Source: a virus
Reading direction: 5' to 3' (one strand)
DNA length: 64,000 nucleotides
IMG/VR virus record: IMGVR_UViG_3300025861_000007
Shown: piece by piece, positions 37,425 through 47,689 of the stretch
Layout of the letters: every line of letters begins with the position of its first letter
Position numbering within the stretch: position 1 is the first letter of the stretch
Notes under the pieces: model-generated
Told to the model about the DNA's origin: nothing
What the model saw: the letters and a program-made list of their open reading frames with translations, nothing else
Database searches by the model: none
Translations under genes and position numbers: made by a program

Positions 37425-38042
37425 TTAATTACTTTTTACTAGTTTATTTTTGAAAACTTCCATTTCTGTTAAATCAGGCCAATCACTCACAACCCATTGT
37501 CTAGGTTTTGTGTTTATGGCGTTTTCTAATTTATCTAATCCTATTTTTGCTGACTCTGGTGTCATATAATAGTGATAACCAATAGTATCAATATTTTGAT
37601 TTCTCCAAGGTATATTAGGTAATCTACCATCGTAAGTCATTTTCTTTAACATTTCAGCATCTTCTTTGTTATCACAAAGTATCATACCACCTCTACCAAT
37701 GTTTAAATGTTTTTGGTATTGGAAACTAAGACACATAAATGTGTTAGGTATGTAACTACCCTTTTTCCATAGAACAGCCGCATCGATAATCTTCTTATCA
37801 CCAAAGTTAACTGTATAATAATCAACCCAATCCTCATCTCTCCATACTCTTTCTAAACCCATTTTTTCGGCTAAAAATGGTACAGATAGATAAGTTCTTT
37901 TAGGTACTGTTATTCTTTTCTCATTTGTATAACGTAAACATAGTTCGATACCATGTGTACAACTATCGACTGCGATAGCGTATGGTGCACCAAAAAATTC
38001 GGCCACTTTATTTTCTAATTCAGTAACAACGTTAAAATCCAT
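37425..38042 (-). CDS. Compact DegT/DnrJ/EryC1 PLP aminotransferase
   Basis: AVDSCTHGIELCL, IIDAA, SFQYQKHLNIGRGGMI (PLP Lys). Confidence 0.8.
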   Translation of the reverse strand: MDFNVVTELENKVAEFFGAPYAIAVDSCTHGIELCLRYTNEKRITVPKRTYLSVPFLAEKMGLERVWRDEDWVDYYTVNFGDKKIIDAAVLWKKGSYIPNTFMCLSFQYQKHLNIGRGGMILCDNKEDAEMLKKMTYDGRLPNIPWRNQNIDTIGYHYYMTPESAKIGLDKLENAINTKPRQWVVSDWPDLTEMEVFKNKLVKSN

Positions 38043-38836
38043 TATTTTATAAATTTTTCATATATGTAATCCTCTGCAATAGGTAAATTCATAGCTATTT
38101 CAAAGTTATTCTTAACAGAATCTATTTTAGAAAAATAGAGTTCTTTACTTAAGTCTGTTGGTTTAAATTCTTCTGTTAATTTAATAATACCATTGGCATC
38201 AAAGATGGTTGATATCTCATCACATCCATAATATATCGGTATTGTCCCAGTAACAAAACAATCAGTTATTTTTTCACTGTAGGCAATTGGATAGGTATGG
38301 TTTTCCATTGTAATAGAAAAGTAGTAATCATTAAGACCATCTTCTTTTCTGTTTAAATTATGGTATCCACGACCGTAATGATCCATCTGACCTCTAAATT
38401 TTTGTATTATGTGTTGTCTATATCTATGTTCTTCACACATAACCTTAGATGATGCTATCATAGATAGTAACTTACTTTTGTTATGTATACCACAGTCTTT
38501 AACCCAAGGTAATGCACTACAAACAACCCATTTAAACTTATCACTTAACTTAAGTAATTCTAAGTCATGTGTGAATAGTAATTCAAAATTGTTCTCGATA
38601 TAATCAACATTCTTTTTACACCACTCATACACACCTGAGTTTATAGTTTTAGATTCAGATAACCAAGCGTAATTTTTCTTGGTTGGGTCAGGTTTAATTC
38701 CGATGACTCCGTGGTCTATATGAATTGAGATTGGGGCTTCACCCTTTACCCATTCTATTAATTTAGGTACACTCCCAGCTGATGAACAAACATCATGTTG
38801 AAAGCCTCCACCAACCATATTTATTTTTTGTTTCAT
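38042..38836 (-). CDS. GT10-like (alpha-1,3-fucosyltransferase-like) glycosyltransferase
   Basis: YYFSITMEN...YSEKITDCF..GTIPIYYG. Confidence 0.7.
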   Translation of the reverse strand: MKQKINMVGGGFQHDVCSSAGSVPKLIEWVKGEAPISIHIDHGVIGIKPDPTKKNYAWLSESKTINSGVYEWCKKNVDYIENNFELLFTHDLELLKLSDKFKWVVCSALPWVKDCGIHNKSKLLSMIASSKVMCEEHRYRQHIIQKFRGQMDHYGRGYHNLNRKEDGLNDYYFSITMENHTYPIAYSEKITDCFVTGTIPIYYGCDEISTIFDANGIIKLTEEFKPTDLSKELYFSKIDSVKNNFEIAMNLPIAEDYIYEKFIK

Positions 38837-39375
38837 TTTAAGTCAGACTCTTCTTTTCTTAAATTTTCAGCGTGTTTTAATATTAGTTCTTTATCTCTAA
38901 GTTTAACCGCTTTAGCTGGGGAACCTACATATATAGTCCAAGGCTCTGTTGATTTTGTTACAACCGAACCAGCTCCAATAACTGAACCTTCAGCTAATGT
39001 CACCCCCGGCATTATAACACAATTAACACCAACACAGGCGAATTTTTCTATGGTAACAGTAGTGAATTTAGTTTCTTTATATTTTAAAGGTATTTGTGGG
39101 TTTAACATTCCTTTAGTGAAATCATCACTTCCACAAACTATTTTCGAACCAGCTGCAATACCACTAAAGTCACCCATAACTAATTTAGCCTTTGCTCCAC
39201 CAATTACACAAACATATGGAGCTATATGTACATAATCACCTATAGTACTTTCAGTTGATAAATACACTCCAACATCTATCGCCACATGGTCACCAAATTC
39301 GGTTAACTGCGGTTGTTTAATGATAGCTGTGTCATGAACAAATAAATCAATTCCTTCTTTTTTAAATTTTTCCAT
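38833..39375 (-). CDS. Hexapeptide-repeat acyltransferase
   Basis: TIGDYVHIAPYV, VIMPGVTLAEGSVIGAGSVVTK, YVGSPAK. Confidence 0.88.
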   Translation of the reverse strand: MEKFKKEGIDLFVHDTAIIKQPQLTEFGDHVAIDVGVYLSTESTIGDYVHIAPYVCVIGGAKAKLVMGDFSGIAAGSKIVCGSDDFTKGMLNPQIPLKYKETKFTTVTIEKFACVGVNCVIMPGVTLAEGSVIGAGSVVTKSTEPWTIYVGSPAKAVKLRDKELILKHAENLRKEESDLK

Positions 39376-40022
39376 TATAGTAATCCTCCACTTATGTTTA
39401 TATTTTGTCCTGTTATATATTCCGTTTCAATTAAGTAATCTATCGTTTGTGATAGTTCTTCAAGGGTACCCCATCTCTTTAATCCGATAGAATTTTTTAT
39501 AGGTTCTACAAATTTTTCTGGTAACCTATGACACATACCACCATCAAAATAACCTAACCTAATACTGTTACAAGTTATACCTTTACTAATGTTTTCAGAA
39601 CTAGCCGTTTTAACCAAACTATCAATGAAAGATTTAGCACCACTATAAAGTGATGTTCCATGTACTACTTTTTCTGATAACACCGAAGACACCAATATAA
39701 TTCTACCATATTTTTTATCTCTCATACTTGGTAGTGCTGAGGCTAAAATATTGACATTACCTTTAATGTTGATGTCTACCATCTTATCGATATTAGACTC
39801 ATCACTAACTTCTAACTTATGTAAGAGTGAATCAAAATTATAACCCGATAAGTTAATAATCACATCAAATTCTTTTTTATCGAAAAAAGATTTCACCTCG
39901 GTTAGATTACTAACATCAACTTCATTCGATGAGGGTGATGTCACCTCATATTTTTTTTCTAAAAGTGGTTTTAATTGAGAACCTAAACCCCCGCTACCAC
40001 CGAATAATAATACTTTTTTCAT
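39375..40022 (-). CDS. SDR family oxidoreductase
   Basis: GGSGGLG, YSGAK (YxxxK), ITGQNINISGG. Confidence 0.88.
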   Translation of the reverse strand: MKKVLLFGGSGGLGSQLKPLLEKKYEVTSPSSNEVDVSNLTEVKSFFDKKEFDVIINLSGYNFDSLLHKLEVSDESNIDKMVDINIKGNVNILASALPSMRDKKYGRIILVSSVLSEKVVHGTSLYSGAKSFIDSLVKTASSENISKGITCNSIRLGYFDGGMCHRLPEKFVEPIKNSIGLKRWGTLEELSQTIDYLIETEYITGQNINISGGLL

Positions 40023-40801
40023 ATTTTATATGTTTTATTTATTGTTTTTGAAAATCCCATTGAGGTGTTATTTAAATTACTAGGTTTATATATCAATGTA
40101 GAACATTTGGATAGGGATATCATGTCTAAAAACGAATCCTCCCAAAAAGACTTGGTGTGCATTTCTCTTGCCATGTATAGTCCATAATCTTTACCCCCAC
40201 CTTCCATATGGTGTCTATTACCAACCTCATTGGTTAAGACAATGTCACCGTAATATTTTTTTAATGTGTTTAGTGATTCTACATTATCGGAGGCAATAAA
40301 CAATTTATTATTACTGGTTAATATAGAATCTATTTTATCTATATAATTTTGTGTTGTATGTTGGTTATGGTGTTCTGGGTGGTAAGCTGCCATATCAGTT
40401 AGTCTAACATGTACACCTATTGTGTTTTCATCAATATTTTTATTAACCCTATCTAAAACAGAATTTTTTATTTTTATCTTATCACATATTAAACGAAATC
40501 TATTAAATTGTTCAACCATTTTAGTTGTTAATATATCATGATCCGTATATGACTGTCTTGGGATTGCAGGTATAACCACATGTGGAACTAAAAGTTCTTG
40601 GTCTAAAACAAAATCAAAAGGGTTTTTAGTTTCATTTTCAATTACTCTTGGTTGAGTGTTTCTATCTAACCTACCGTAGTCGACGTTTATATAGATACTA
40701 TCAATATCTTTTATGTCGATATTAGTATCAATTAAACTTTGTACCCCAACCATAAATTTGGAGAAAATTCCACCACCTACTGTTTTGATTAAGACATTCA
40801 T
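40019..40801 (-). CDS. NodZ/O-fucosyltransferase-like glycosyltransferase
   Basis: GGGIFSKF, IGVHVRLTD, LFIASDN, DMISLSKC. Confidence 0.6.
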   Translation of the reverse strand: MNVLIKTVGGGIFSKFMVGVQSLIDTNIDIKDIDSIYINVDYGRLDRNTQPRVIENETKNPFDFVLDQELLVPHVVIPAIPRQSYTDHDILTTKMVEQFNRFRLICDKIKIKNSVLDRVNKNIDENTIGVHVRLTDMAAYHPEHHNQHTTQNYIDKIDSILTSNNKLFIASDNVESLNTLKKYYGDIVLTNEVGNRHHMEGGGKDYGLYMAREMHTKSFWEDSFLDMISLSKCSTLIYKPSNLNNTSMGFSKTINKTYKI

Positions 40802-40803
40802 TT

Positions 40804-41220
40804 TTAAGATTCAATAAAAACTTTATCTAAGGCCTGACCTTCATAAGGTCCTGTTTTATATTCATAAACAATAGTATCATCATCTAAAATTTGATACGTA
40901 TGTCCCCCGTGTAAAGTGAAACTAGCATCACCAGCACCAATTATTGGTGTAGCGATTATTGTGTCGTCAATATCGTATAAAATACACTTAACCCTACCTT
41001 TGATTACAACCCAAGATTCTTGTGCTATTTGGTTTGTATAGGTACGTTCTTTTTCGATATGTTTATGTGGTGGGAATGTTTTTCCTTTTTCCATTCTAAG
41101 TGTTGCACATTGAATGAAATTTTCTTCAGGTACAACATCATTTCTTTTTTCAATTTCAGAAACACGATTTATTATGTGTAATAATTTATTCGGTTCTACT
41201 TTAGAATATATTTTTTCCAT
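40804..41220 (-). CDS. WbuC-like cupin
   Basis: FPPHKH...QESWVVIKG, GGHTY, EYKTGPY. Confidence 0.65.
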   Translation of the reverse strand: MEKIYSKVEPNKLLHIINRVSEIEKRNDVVPEENFIQCATLRMEKGKTFPPHKHIEKERTYTNQIAQESWVVIKGRVKCILYDIDDTIIATPIIGAGDASFTLHGGHTYQILDDDTIVYEYKTGPYEGQALDKVFIES

Positions 41221-41223
41221 AAC

Positions 41224-42033
41224 TTAAATTTTAATCCATTCATTAGGTAAGACATCATTCGTATTCCAAGTACGATATGCAATACCGAACCAATTAATTG
41301 GTCCTACTACTATTTTATCTTGGTGGTTATTTAACCAAGCACCCCACCAAGAAAAACTTGAGTTGGCGATTATATTATTATTACACATAGACATTAAGTA
41401 TAATTCAATGTAGTCCTTTTCGTTTTCAATGAAGATAAATTCATCACCAATGAAAACACTTTTACACCAAGCCACATCATCACTAAAAATAACGTACTTA
41501 TCGGTAACATCTTTTGTCAATGATAACGCCTGACGATAATAATCTAAAGTTTGTACTGGGTGGTGATTTGGGTGATTCAAATAGTCACCTCTTCTAACAT
41601 GTATAGAAGTTGTTCTATATGTTAAAAGGTCACTATATCTTTCTTTAATAGTTTCTACAATTTCATCTGTAGGTCTAAATAAGAATCTAATCTCTTTTTC
41701 ATTATTTTTAAAATATTTTTCACTCTGAAAGAACCCATCCAAACCAATTTCTTCACCAATTAGTTCTTTATGTTCGTAATGAAATGGGTAGTAATAAGGT
41801 ATAACGTTTTGAGGTAGTGGGTCTGTTCTTAAATCTTTAATGAAGTTTAATTTTTTATATTCAAAAGCATCACCCATTCTTCTGTTTAAATGTCTGTGTT
41901 GATTGAGGTATGTTAAATGGTTATCTAAACTATGAAACGAACAATCAGTGTTATTATCCATGGCTATCGATTTGACAGCTGCAATTTGGAACATCATATT
42001 CGCTAACCCACCTCTTAATGTAAAATGAATCAT
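41224..42033 (-). CDS. Alpha-1,2-fucosyltransferase-like (GT11)
   Basis: GGLANMMFQIA, GFFQSEKYF, SIHVRRGDY, IFSDD, IIANSSFSWWGAWL. Confidence 0.88.
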   Translation of the reverse strand: MIHFTLRGGLANMMFQIAAVKSIAMDNNTDCSFHSLDNHLTYLNQHRHLNRRMGDAFEYKKLNFIKDLRTDPLPQNVIPYYYPFHYEHKELIGEEIGLDGFFQSEKYFKNNEKEIRFLFRPTDEIVETIKERYSDLLTYRTTSIHVRRGDYLNHPNHHPVQTLDYYRQALSLTKDVTDKYVIFSDDVAWCKSVFIGDEFIFIENEKDYIELYLMSMCNNNIIANSSFSWWGAWLNNHQDKIVVGPINWFGIAYRTWNTNDVLPNEWIKI

Positions 42034-42035
42034 AC

Positions 42036-42695
42036 TTAGTATTTTTTTAAAAAGTTATAATCCATATAAGCACCTTGTATATCTGAATGACCGTCTTTTT
42101 GCCAAGCCAAATGAGGTATAGAACAATACACATTCAAAACCCTGTGTAGTTTAGCTAAAAAATAGTCAGCAGCAACCGAAGGTTTGAACATGGTATCTCT
42201 GTTATTAACAACTTTATTTATACTGTCCTCTAAGAAGGATATTAGTAAATCAAAAGATGAGTTTTTAATACCACAAGCGTGGATTGCATAACTACCACCT
42301 AATTTGACAACACCTTCGGAGACTGGTTGCATACCACCAACGTGATTACCACCGAAAAATATAATATCCCAATCTTTAGGTGTGTTTTGAATAAACTTAG
42401 AGAATAACTCATTACTGTCGTCTCTAAAAACCACATCATCTTCTAATAAAAGTAGATTTTGTACATTTTCTTCTTTAGCTTTTTTAAGTGCAGCTAGATG
42501 ACTCATACTACCAGCCAATTCAGAGTTATAGGTTTGTCCGTGTGGTAAATCTAAAAGTTTACCATCTGTAGCGGAAAATCTTTCAACGGTTAACCCCAAT
42601 TTTTTAAATTGTGGTAAACAATTTTCTTCCCATCTATCAGGTCTTCTATCAAGATTTATACAATAAATCTTATCGAAATATTCATTTATTCTCAT
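42036..42695 (-). CDS. GT25-like glycosyltransferase
   Basis: YCINLDRRPDRW, FSATDG, MSH, LLLEDD. Confidence 0.85.
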   Translation of the reverse strand: MRINEYFDKIYCINLDRRPDRWEENCLPQFKKLGLTVERFSATDGKLLDLPHGQTYNSELAGSMSHLAALKKAKEENVQNLLLLEDDVVFRDDSNELFSKFIQNTPKDWDIIFFGGNHVGGMQPVSEGVVKLGGSYAIHACGIKNSSFDLLISFLEDSINKVVNNRDTMFKPSVAADYFLAKLHRVLNVYCSIPHLAWQKDGHSDIQGAYMDYNFLKKY

Positions 42696-43465
42696 ACAAA
42701 TAGATTATCAACTTTTTTAACTGTGTGTAATGTACTTGGTAGTCCTCCCCATAGAACTTTATCTGGATATTTCCAATTATTGTAGTGATTTACAATCTTA
42801 TTAATGTCATTACTGAAATTACCCGAAGCCGAACTATTAACTAACTTTGTCCTTATGTTGTCTCTAATGTAGGAACCGTGATGCATTTGAATCTGTTCTC
42901 TAGTTAAGATTAAAGGTTTGTTAGTTGGTGACATTCTTCTTGTAGGGTCTACCAAAACTGGTGCTGGAGCACCTAAAACATATGATGATTCTGTTTTTAT
43001 TTTAAAAATAAGGGAAACATAATAATCTTCGGGTGGGTTTAATGAGTACTCCCAAGATTTATAGTAGGTTTGCATTTGACAAAAAGAAGAATCATAATCA
43101 TTCTCCTCTACCAATTTTTTTAGACCTTCAAATTCTGATGCAATATAATACTCATCAGAATCCATTGACATGTGGTGAGTACATCCAGCTCCTTGGGATA
43201 GAGCTAGACCAATATTTCTTTTTTGAATTTCATTGGAATGTCCACCTTTATTAACTTTTGGGACATATTCGAAGAGTTCGTCTACTAACCCTTCTGATTT
43301 TAATCTTTCTAAGAGTGGAACCAATCCTGGATTGCAGGGGTTACCAAAGTTAGATGTTGTCTGATAGACTACACTCACATAGTCTACTAATTTTCTGATT
43401 TGTTTGATTGATCCTTCTAATAATTCTTCTCCGTCAAATAAGTTATACGAAATTCCTAAACGCAT
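42692..43465 (-). CDS. Putative glycosyltransferase
   Basis: SYNLFDGEELL, KRNIGL, MSMDSDEYY (DxD). Confidence 0.65.
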   Translation of the reverse strand: MRLGISYNLFDGEELLEGSIKQIRKLVDYVSVVYQTTSNFGNPCNPGLVPLLERLKSEGLVDELFEYVPKVNKGGHSNEIQKRNIGLALSQGAGCTHHMSMDSDEYYIASEFEGLKKLVEENDYDSSFCQMQTYYKSWEYSLNPPEDYYVSLIFKIKTESSYVLGAPAPVLVDPTRRMSPTNKPLILTREQIQMHHGSYIRDNIRTKLVNSSASGNFSNDINKIVNHYNNWKYPDKVLWGGLPSTLHTVKKVDNLFV

Positions 43466-45044
43466 TTTGTACATCAGTTGTTGTTAACTGCTTACTTCTT
43501 TCCATTAAAGTTTCAAAATCTCTTGCTTTAATGTTATTGAAGTAGTTATATGTTTTTTTATTCTTAAGAATAAATGGGATTAGACGTTTTGTGTAGTCTT
43601 CACCCTCACGTTTAAGTTTTTCTTCGTCTTTATTTCTTGTTTGACTTTCATAGTGATAACAAACTGCATTACCAAGGAATATGTTTTCTTTACCTCGATT
43701 AATACATTCAATGTTTAATTCAACATCTTCAAAACATTCACGATATGAAGTATTAAAACCGCCAATATCATCGAATAATTTTTTACTAATCATCATGAAA
43801 GCAGCTGTATTACCAAACACATTTCTCATCATCGAACTGTGGTAAGTATGGTAAGAACGTAAACCGTGGTGCGTTATACCAATACCCATGTCTTGTCTTA
43901 CGAACATCATAATACCAGAATGTTGGATTGTGTTGTCCCCGTAATGTAAACGAGCACCGATAGTACCAACAGTTTTCTTATTTTTAAGGTAGGTATCTAC
44001 CATTAAATCAATAGCATTGTTAATTACCTTAATATCGTTATTACAGAATAACAATAACTCAGTATCTTTTTCAACATGATTTTCAACCACATCGTTATTA
44101 ATTACAGCGAAGTTATAAAAATCATATTCAACAACTTTTACAAAATGAGCATGATTGGATCTAAATTGTAATCCACTAACATAACTCTTTAACTCTTCTA
44201 ATTCTTCAGGTGTAGATCCAGTATCAGCTATAATAGTTCTCATAGCGTGACCTAAATAACCACCTTGTCCGTATAGAGATTCAACACATTGTTTAACCAA
44301 CTCAATATTACCTTTGGTTGGGATGATTATAGAAACTTTAGGATATTCCTTTAAAGGTTTATGTTTAACCTCATATCTAATTTCAGGTTTTATGTTGTGG
44401 GGTAATTTTTCTTTATACTTTTCAACGAATTGTTCACGATTTTTTTCCCACTCGTCATTAGTCTTACCGATAGACTTATGAGTGATTTTAAAATCAAACA
44501 TTACACCTACTTTAACACCGTTAATATGGTTATTGAATGTGAAATCTATATCATAGAAGTGGAACCCTTTAAAAGATTCATCAAATCTTTCTTTAATTCT
44601 TTCTTTATGTACAACAAAAAATAAACCATCTAAAATGACGGTTTCTATGATTTCATCTGAAAAATTATTGGAATATCTATTCTCCCAAGTCTTACCTTCA
44701 TGAGAATGTGAAACAATACCAACCATTTTGGTTGAATCTTGCCACCAACGACCTATTTCAGGCATGTCAGTAGTACCAGCCTTACCTAAAATACCATAAT
44801 CGGTATTCTTGAAGTGTTTTAAAACCTTTTTACCCCAACCTTCACCTAAGATGATATCGTCGTGACAAAAAACAACTATGTTATTTTTACTTCTATCTAA
44901 CCCTTGATTGTAACATTCAGTTAGAGAGAATTCACCGTTATTTACGATTTCAATTATCTCGAAATCTTTAACCCCTATTGTTTTATTAACGTGATTCTGA
45001 AATTCCTTGTTCGGGGTCCTGGTTGAATAAACGACTGTTATCAT
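43443..45044 (-). CDS. Two-domain GT2-like glycosyltransferase
   Basis: Domain 1 VFCHDD, GFHFYDID; domain 2 VSIIIPT, FCNNDI, EDVEL. Confidence 0.85.
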   Translation of the reverse strand: MITVVYSTRTPNKEFQNHVNKTIGVKDFEIIEIVNNGEFSLTECYNQGLDRSKNNIVVFCHDDIILGEGWGKKVLKHFKNTDYGILGKAGTTDMPEIGRWWQDSTKMVGIVSHSHEGKTWENRYSNNFSDEIIETVILDGLFFVVHKERIKERFDESFKGFHFYDIDFTFNNHINGVKVGVMFDFKITHKSIGKTNDEWEKNREQFVEKYKEKLPHNIKPEIRYEVKHKPLKEYPKVSIIIPTKGNIELVKQCVESLYGQGGYLGHAMRTIIADTGSTPEELEELKSYVSGLQFRSNHAHFVKVVEYDFYNFAVINNDVVENHVEKDTELLLFCNNDIKVINNAIDLMVDTYLKNKKTVGTIGARLHYGDNTIQHSGIMMFVRQDMGIGITHHGLRSYHTYHSSMMRNVFGNTAAFMMISKKLFDDIGGFNTSYRECFEDVELNIECINRGKENIFLGNAVCYHYESQTRNKDEEKLKREGEDYTKRLIPFILKNKKTYNYFNNIKARDFETLMERSKQLTTTDVQNAFRNFV

Positions 45045-45184
45045 CCTTTAATTTTTTTAATTCTTCTATTTTTTCTCTTATCCACATCAAACACCAACCC
45101 ATCATGGTATCCACCCATGGCTAGTTCAACTTTTAACCTGTTAAGTTCCTTTTCTATCTTTTCGTCTATCATCATACGAATCAT
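45041..45184 (-). CDS. Small hypothetical protein (47 aa)
   Basis: MIRMMIDEKIEKELNRLKVELAMGGYHDG..., ATGA overlaps at both ends. Confidence 0.45.
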   Translation of the reverse strand: MIRMMIDEKIEKELNRLKVELAMGGYHDGLVFDVDKRKNRRIKKIKG

Positions 45185-45366
45185 AGAGTTTCATGAGTTT
45201 GTAAAGAACCAATCTTTTCGATTAGTTTATTAATGTCCTTGTCTCTAAAAACAACGACATCTTGGTTTAAACCACCCATATATAAAGTGGCCTCACTTCT
45301 TAAAAAGGCATTCCACTCTTCTGTGTAAATGTTGAAGTGGAATAGGTAATCATATAAATTTTCCAT
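45181..45366 (-). CDS. Hypothetical protein
   Basis: Likely start MENLYDYLFHFN. Confidence 0.6.
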   Translation of the reverse strand: MENLYDYLFHFNIYTEEWNAFLRSEATLYMGGLNQDVVVFRDKDINKLIEKIGSLQTHETL

Positions 45367-45402
45367 TTTTTTATTATTTGTAAAATTAAACTTCATTTAA
45401 AA

Positions 45403-45894
45403 TCATTTATTTACCGTAATTATATTTATCGGTTCTTCACATAGAATCGATAAATGACAAGCTGTTTTAATTGCGTCACTAACGGAAGAACCTAGATATA
45501 AGGCCGCTAAGGCGAAATCCATACCAGCTCCGATTGCTGCATAATCTTTAATTTCTTTAACATAAAATCCTTCAACTAAGAAAGCCTTACGTTCGAATAT
45601 GATTATATAACTGTTTGATAATTCGTTGTTTTCTGTTTTTTCTTTATTCCATTGGAAAAAATCAAACATATATTCAGTTATTGCTTCAACACTAGATTCT
45701 CTAGGTTTTCTAGTTTTAGAAAAGATTTGAAATAACGCACCTTCTTGTGCATCACCTACATCACCTACAGTCATCCATTCATTTTGGAATAACTTGGCTA
45801 ATTTATCTTTTTCTTGGGTATACCCCGAAACTAATATACTATCAGCTCCGATAGTAATCTTATCTTTTTCTACTCTAACAGCTACTACTGACAT
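45403..45894 (-). CDS. Ntn-hydrolase (HslV/proteasome-beta-like) protein
   Basis: MSVVAV...IGADS, AAIGAGMDFALAAL; Ser at the N-terminal nucleophile position. Confidence 0.6.
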   Translation of the reverse strand: MSVVAVRVEKDKITIGADSILVSGYTQEKDKLAKLFQNEWMTVGDVGDAQEGALFQIFSKTRKPRESSVEAITEYMFDFFQWNKEKTENNELSNSYIIIFERKAFLVEGFYVKEIKDYAAIGAGMDFALAALYLGSSVSDAIKTACHLSILCEEPINIITVNK

Positions 45895-46193
45895 TATTTT
45901 TTAGGTTTATAAAATGTATAACTAGCAGTTAATTCTTCTCCTGCTTTAATTTCTCTAATAGTTTCTAAGAAGATGAAATCACCTTCATAGACTACTTTAC
46001 AATTAGGTTTTTCCGAGTGGTTAAAAAATCCACCTAACGGAGTTCTTGAATAACCATCGGGAAACCTAAAATCTCTAACATGTGTAACTCCAATTCTAAA
46101 ATTAGGGTCTATATTGTCTAAAGCAAAAAGACCTAAACCTTCTATATTAGAAGTTTTAATGGTTAGATATTCGGGTAATGGTCTATAACTCAT
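45894..46193 (-). CDS. Minimal SET-domain protein
   Basis: IEGLGLFA, GGFFNHSEKPNC, IKAGEELTASY. Confidence 0.85.
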   Translation of the reverse strand: MSYRPLPEYLTIKTSNIEGLGLFALDNIDPNFRIGVTHVRDFRFPDGYSRTPLGGFFNHSEKPNCKVVYEGDFIFLETIREIKAGEELTASYTFYKPKK

Positions 46194-46837
46194 TATTTTT
46201 TACCTGTTGATCCGAACCCTCCAGTCCCTCTTTCGGTTTCAGACATTTCACTCACTGATTCTAATTCAATCATAGCACCAAAATCATTACTTACTCTAGG
46301 TGCGATAACACCTTGTGCAACTCTCTCACCTTGTTCTATGATTTGTTCTTTATCACTAAGGTTAATCATAATAACTTTGATTTCACCACGATAACCTGTA
46401 TCTACTGTACCTAAAATAGCCATAAGGCCTGTTTTAAATGAATGACCACTACGAGGTCTAATTTGTAACTCGTAACCTGTCGGTAATTCAAAATATAATC
46501 CTGTTGGGATTAAGGTTCTTTCGAGAGGTTTTAAGGTTAGTTTACCACCAACCTCAGATAATTCAGCTCTTAAATCAAAACCTGAATCACCATCTTTTGC
46601 CCAAGTAGGATTCTCATTTTTAGATGTGTTAACAAATTTAATTGGTAATTTGAACGCATCTTTGTCGGCTTTAAATGAATTATTTTTACTATCTAAATCT
46701 TCCATTATTTTAATTAAATTATCTAATTCTTTTGCTTGGTCACCACTTATTACTCCTATGGACTTCAAGTGTTGTAATTCTTTAATGTATTCTTTAATAT
46801 CGTTATTCATTTGAATTGTATTTTTTAATAATTTCAA
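46193..46837 (-). CDS. dut: dUTPase
   Basis: SGFDLRA, QIRPRSG, GTVDTGYRGEI, RGTGGFGSTG. Confidence 0.93.
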   Translation of the reverse strand: MKLLKNTIQMNNDIKEYIKELQHLKSIGVISGDQAKELDNLIKIMEDLDSKNNSFKADKDAFKLPIKFVNTSKNENPTWAKDGDSGFDLRAELSEVGGKLTLKPLERTLIPTGLYFELPTGYELQIRPRSGHSFKTGLMAILGTVDTGYRGEIKVIMINLSDKEQIIEQGERVAQGVIAPRVSNDFGAMIELESVSEMSETERGTGGFGSTGKK

Positions 46838-47540
46838 TTGTTAGTTTTATTTCATTTTCACAATACTCAACAACCTTATCAATTTCATTATTCCAATAAT
46901 AATGAGAAATTTTATCACCCTCAATAGTTGACTCATTTTCTATACCTAATAGATTAGCAACCATAGTTAATGAACTGAAACTTTTGAAACCACCGAAAGT
47001 CCAAACATCCCTTGTATCTAGAGCTTTAATCTCCCAAGGTTTAGTTTCATGAGTTGGTAATAGTACTGGTGGTTTTAATCCGTTAATTAGATAACGTTTT
47101 CCTAAATAAGGGATGTCGAAATTTTTAATATTATGACCACATAATGTATATTTCTGTGATGCTTTATCTAATACAGCTCTAACTTTCAATAAAATGTCTT
47201 TTTCATCACCTCTAAAGGTTGATACTTTAACATTCCCCTCATTATCAAGGGCACCTAAACTCACACAGATAATTTTACCAAATTCTGGATAAATACCTGC
47301 ACATTTTTCATATAGAAAATTAGAATCTATTCTACCGTTCTCTATCCCACTTTTATATTCAGGAAATCTGTCAGCAAAAGAAAACCTACTATCACTAAAA
47401 ATTTTAGCAATAATAGGGTTCTTGGATTCTAAATCTGAAAATGATTTTTCTTGTGAAGCAGTTGCTATTTCAATAAACAACAACTTATTTAAGTCAAAAT
47501 TTGATTCTTCTAATGTACTTGTTTTACTTATTTTTAACAT
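46803..47540 (-). CDS. PolB-related 3'-5' exonuclease homologue with degenerate active site
   Basis: YPEFGKIICVS, GHNIKNFDIPY, KPWE..LDT; ExoI reads FIEIATA, ExoIII reads YCENE. Confidence 0.7.
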   Translation of the reverse strand: MLKISKTSTLEESNFDLNKLLFIEIATASQEKSFSDLESKNPIIAKIFSDSRFSFADRFPEYKSGIENGRIDSNFLYEKCAGIYPEFGKIICVSLGALDNEGNVKVSTFRGDEKDILLKVRAVLDKASQKYTLCGHNIKNFDIPYLGKRYLINGLKPPVLLPTHETKPWEIKALDTRDVWTFGGFKSFSSLTMVANLLGIENESTIEGDKISHYYWNNEIDKVVEYCENEIKLTIEIIKKYNSNE

Positions 47541-47689
47541 TGTTATGCGTTTGCAAATTTAACAACTTCTTTCACTCTTTCACTACCTTCTCTTTACATA
47601 TAATAACCCACCCTTTGTTTTTGCCGTATGATTTTAATGTCTCTACACTAACATTTAATGAGTTTTCTTTTACATAATCTTTAAATGAA

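Noticed and set aside
45090-45125. Possible frameshift giving HDGWCLMWIREKIEELKKL
   Set aside because: The unshifted frame ends cleanly in an ATGA overlap; ambiguous without reads
47545-47600. Possible stranded C-terminus of the GT4 gene (ERVKEVVKFANA*)
   Set aside because: Weak similarity, and the sequence is explained by the TAAATTTG promoter of the next gene
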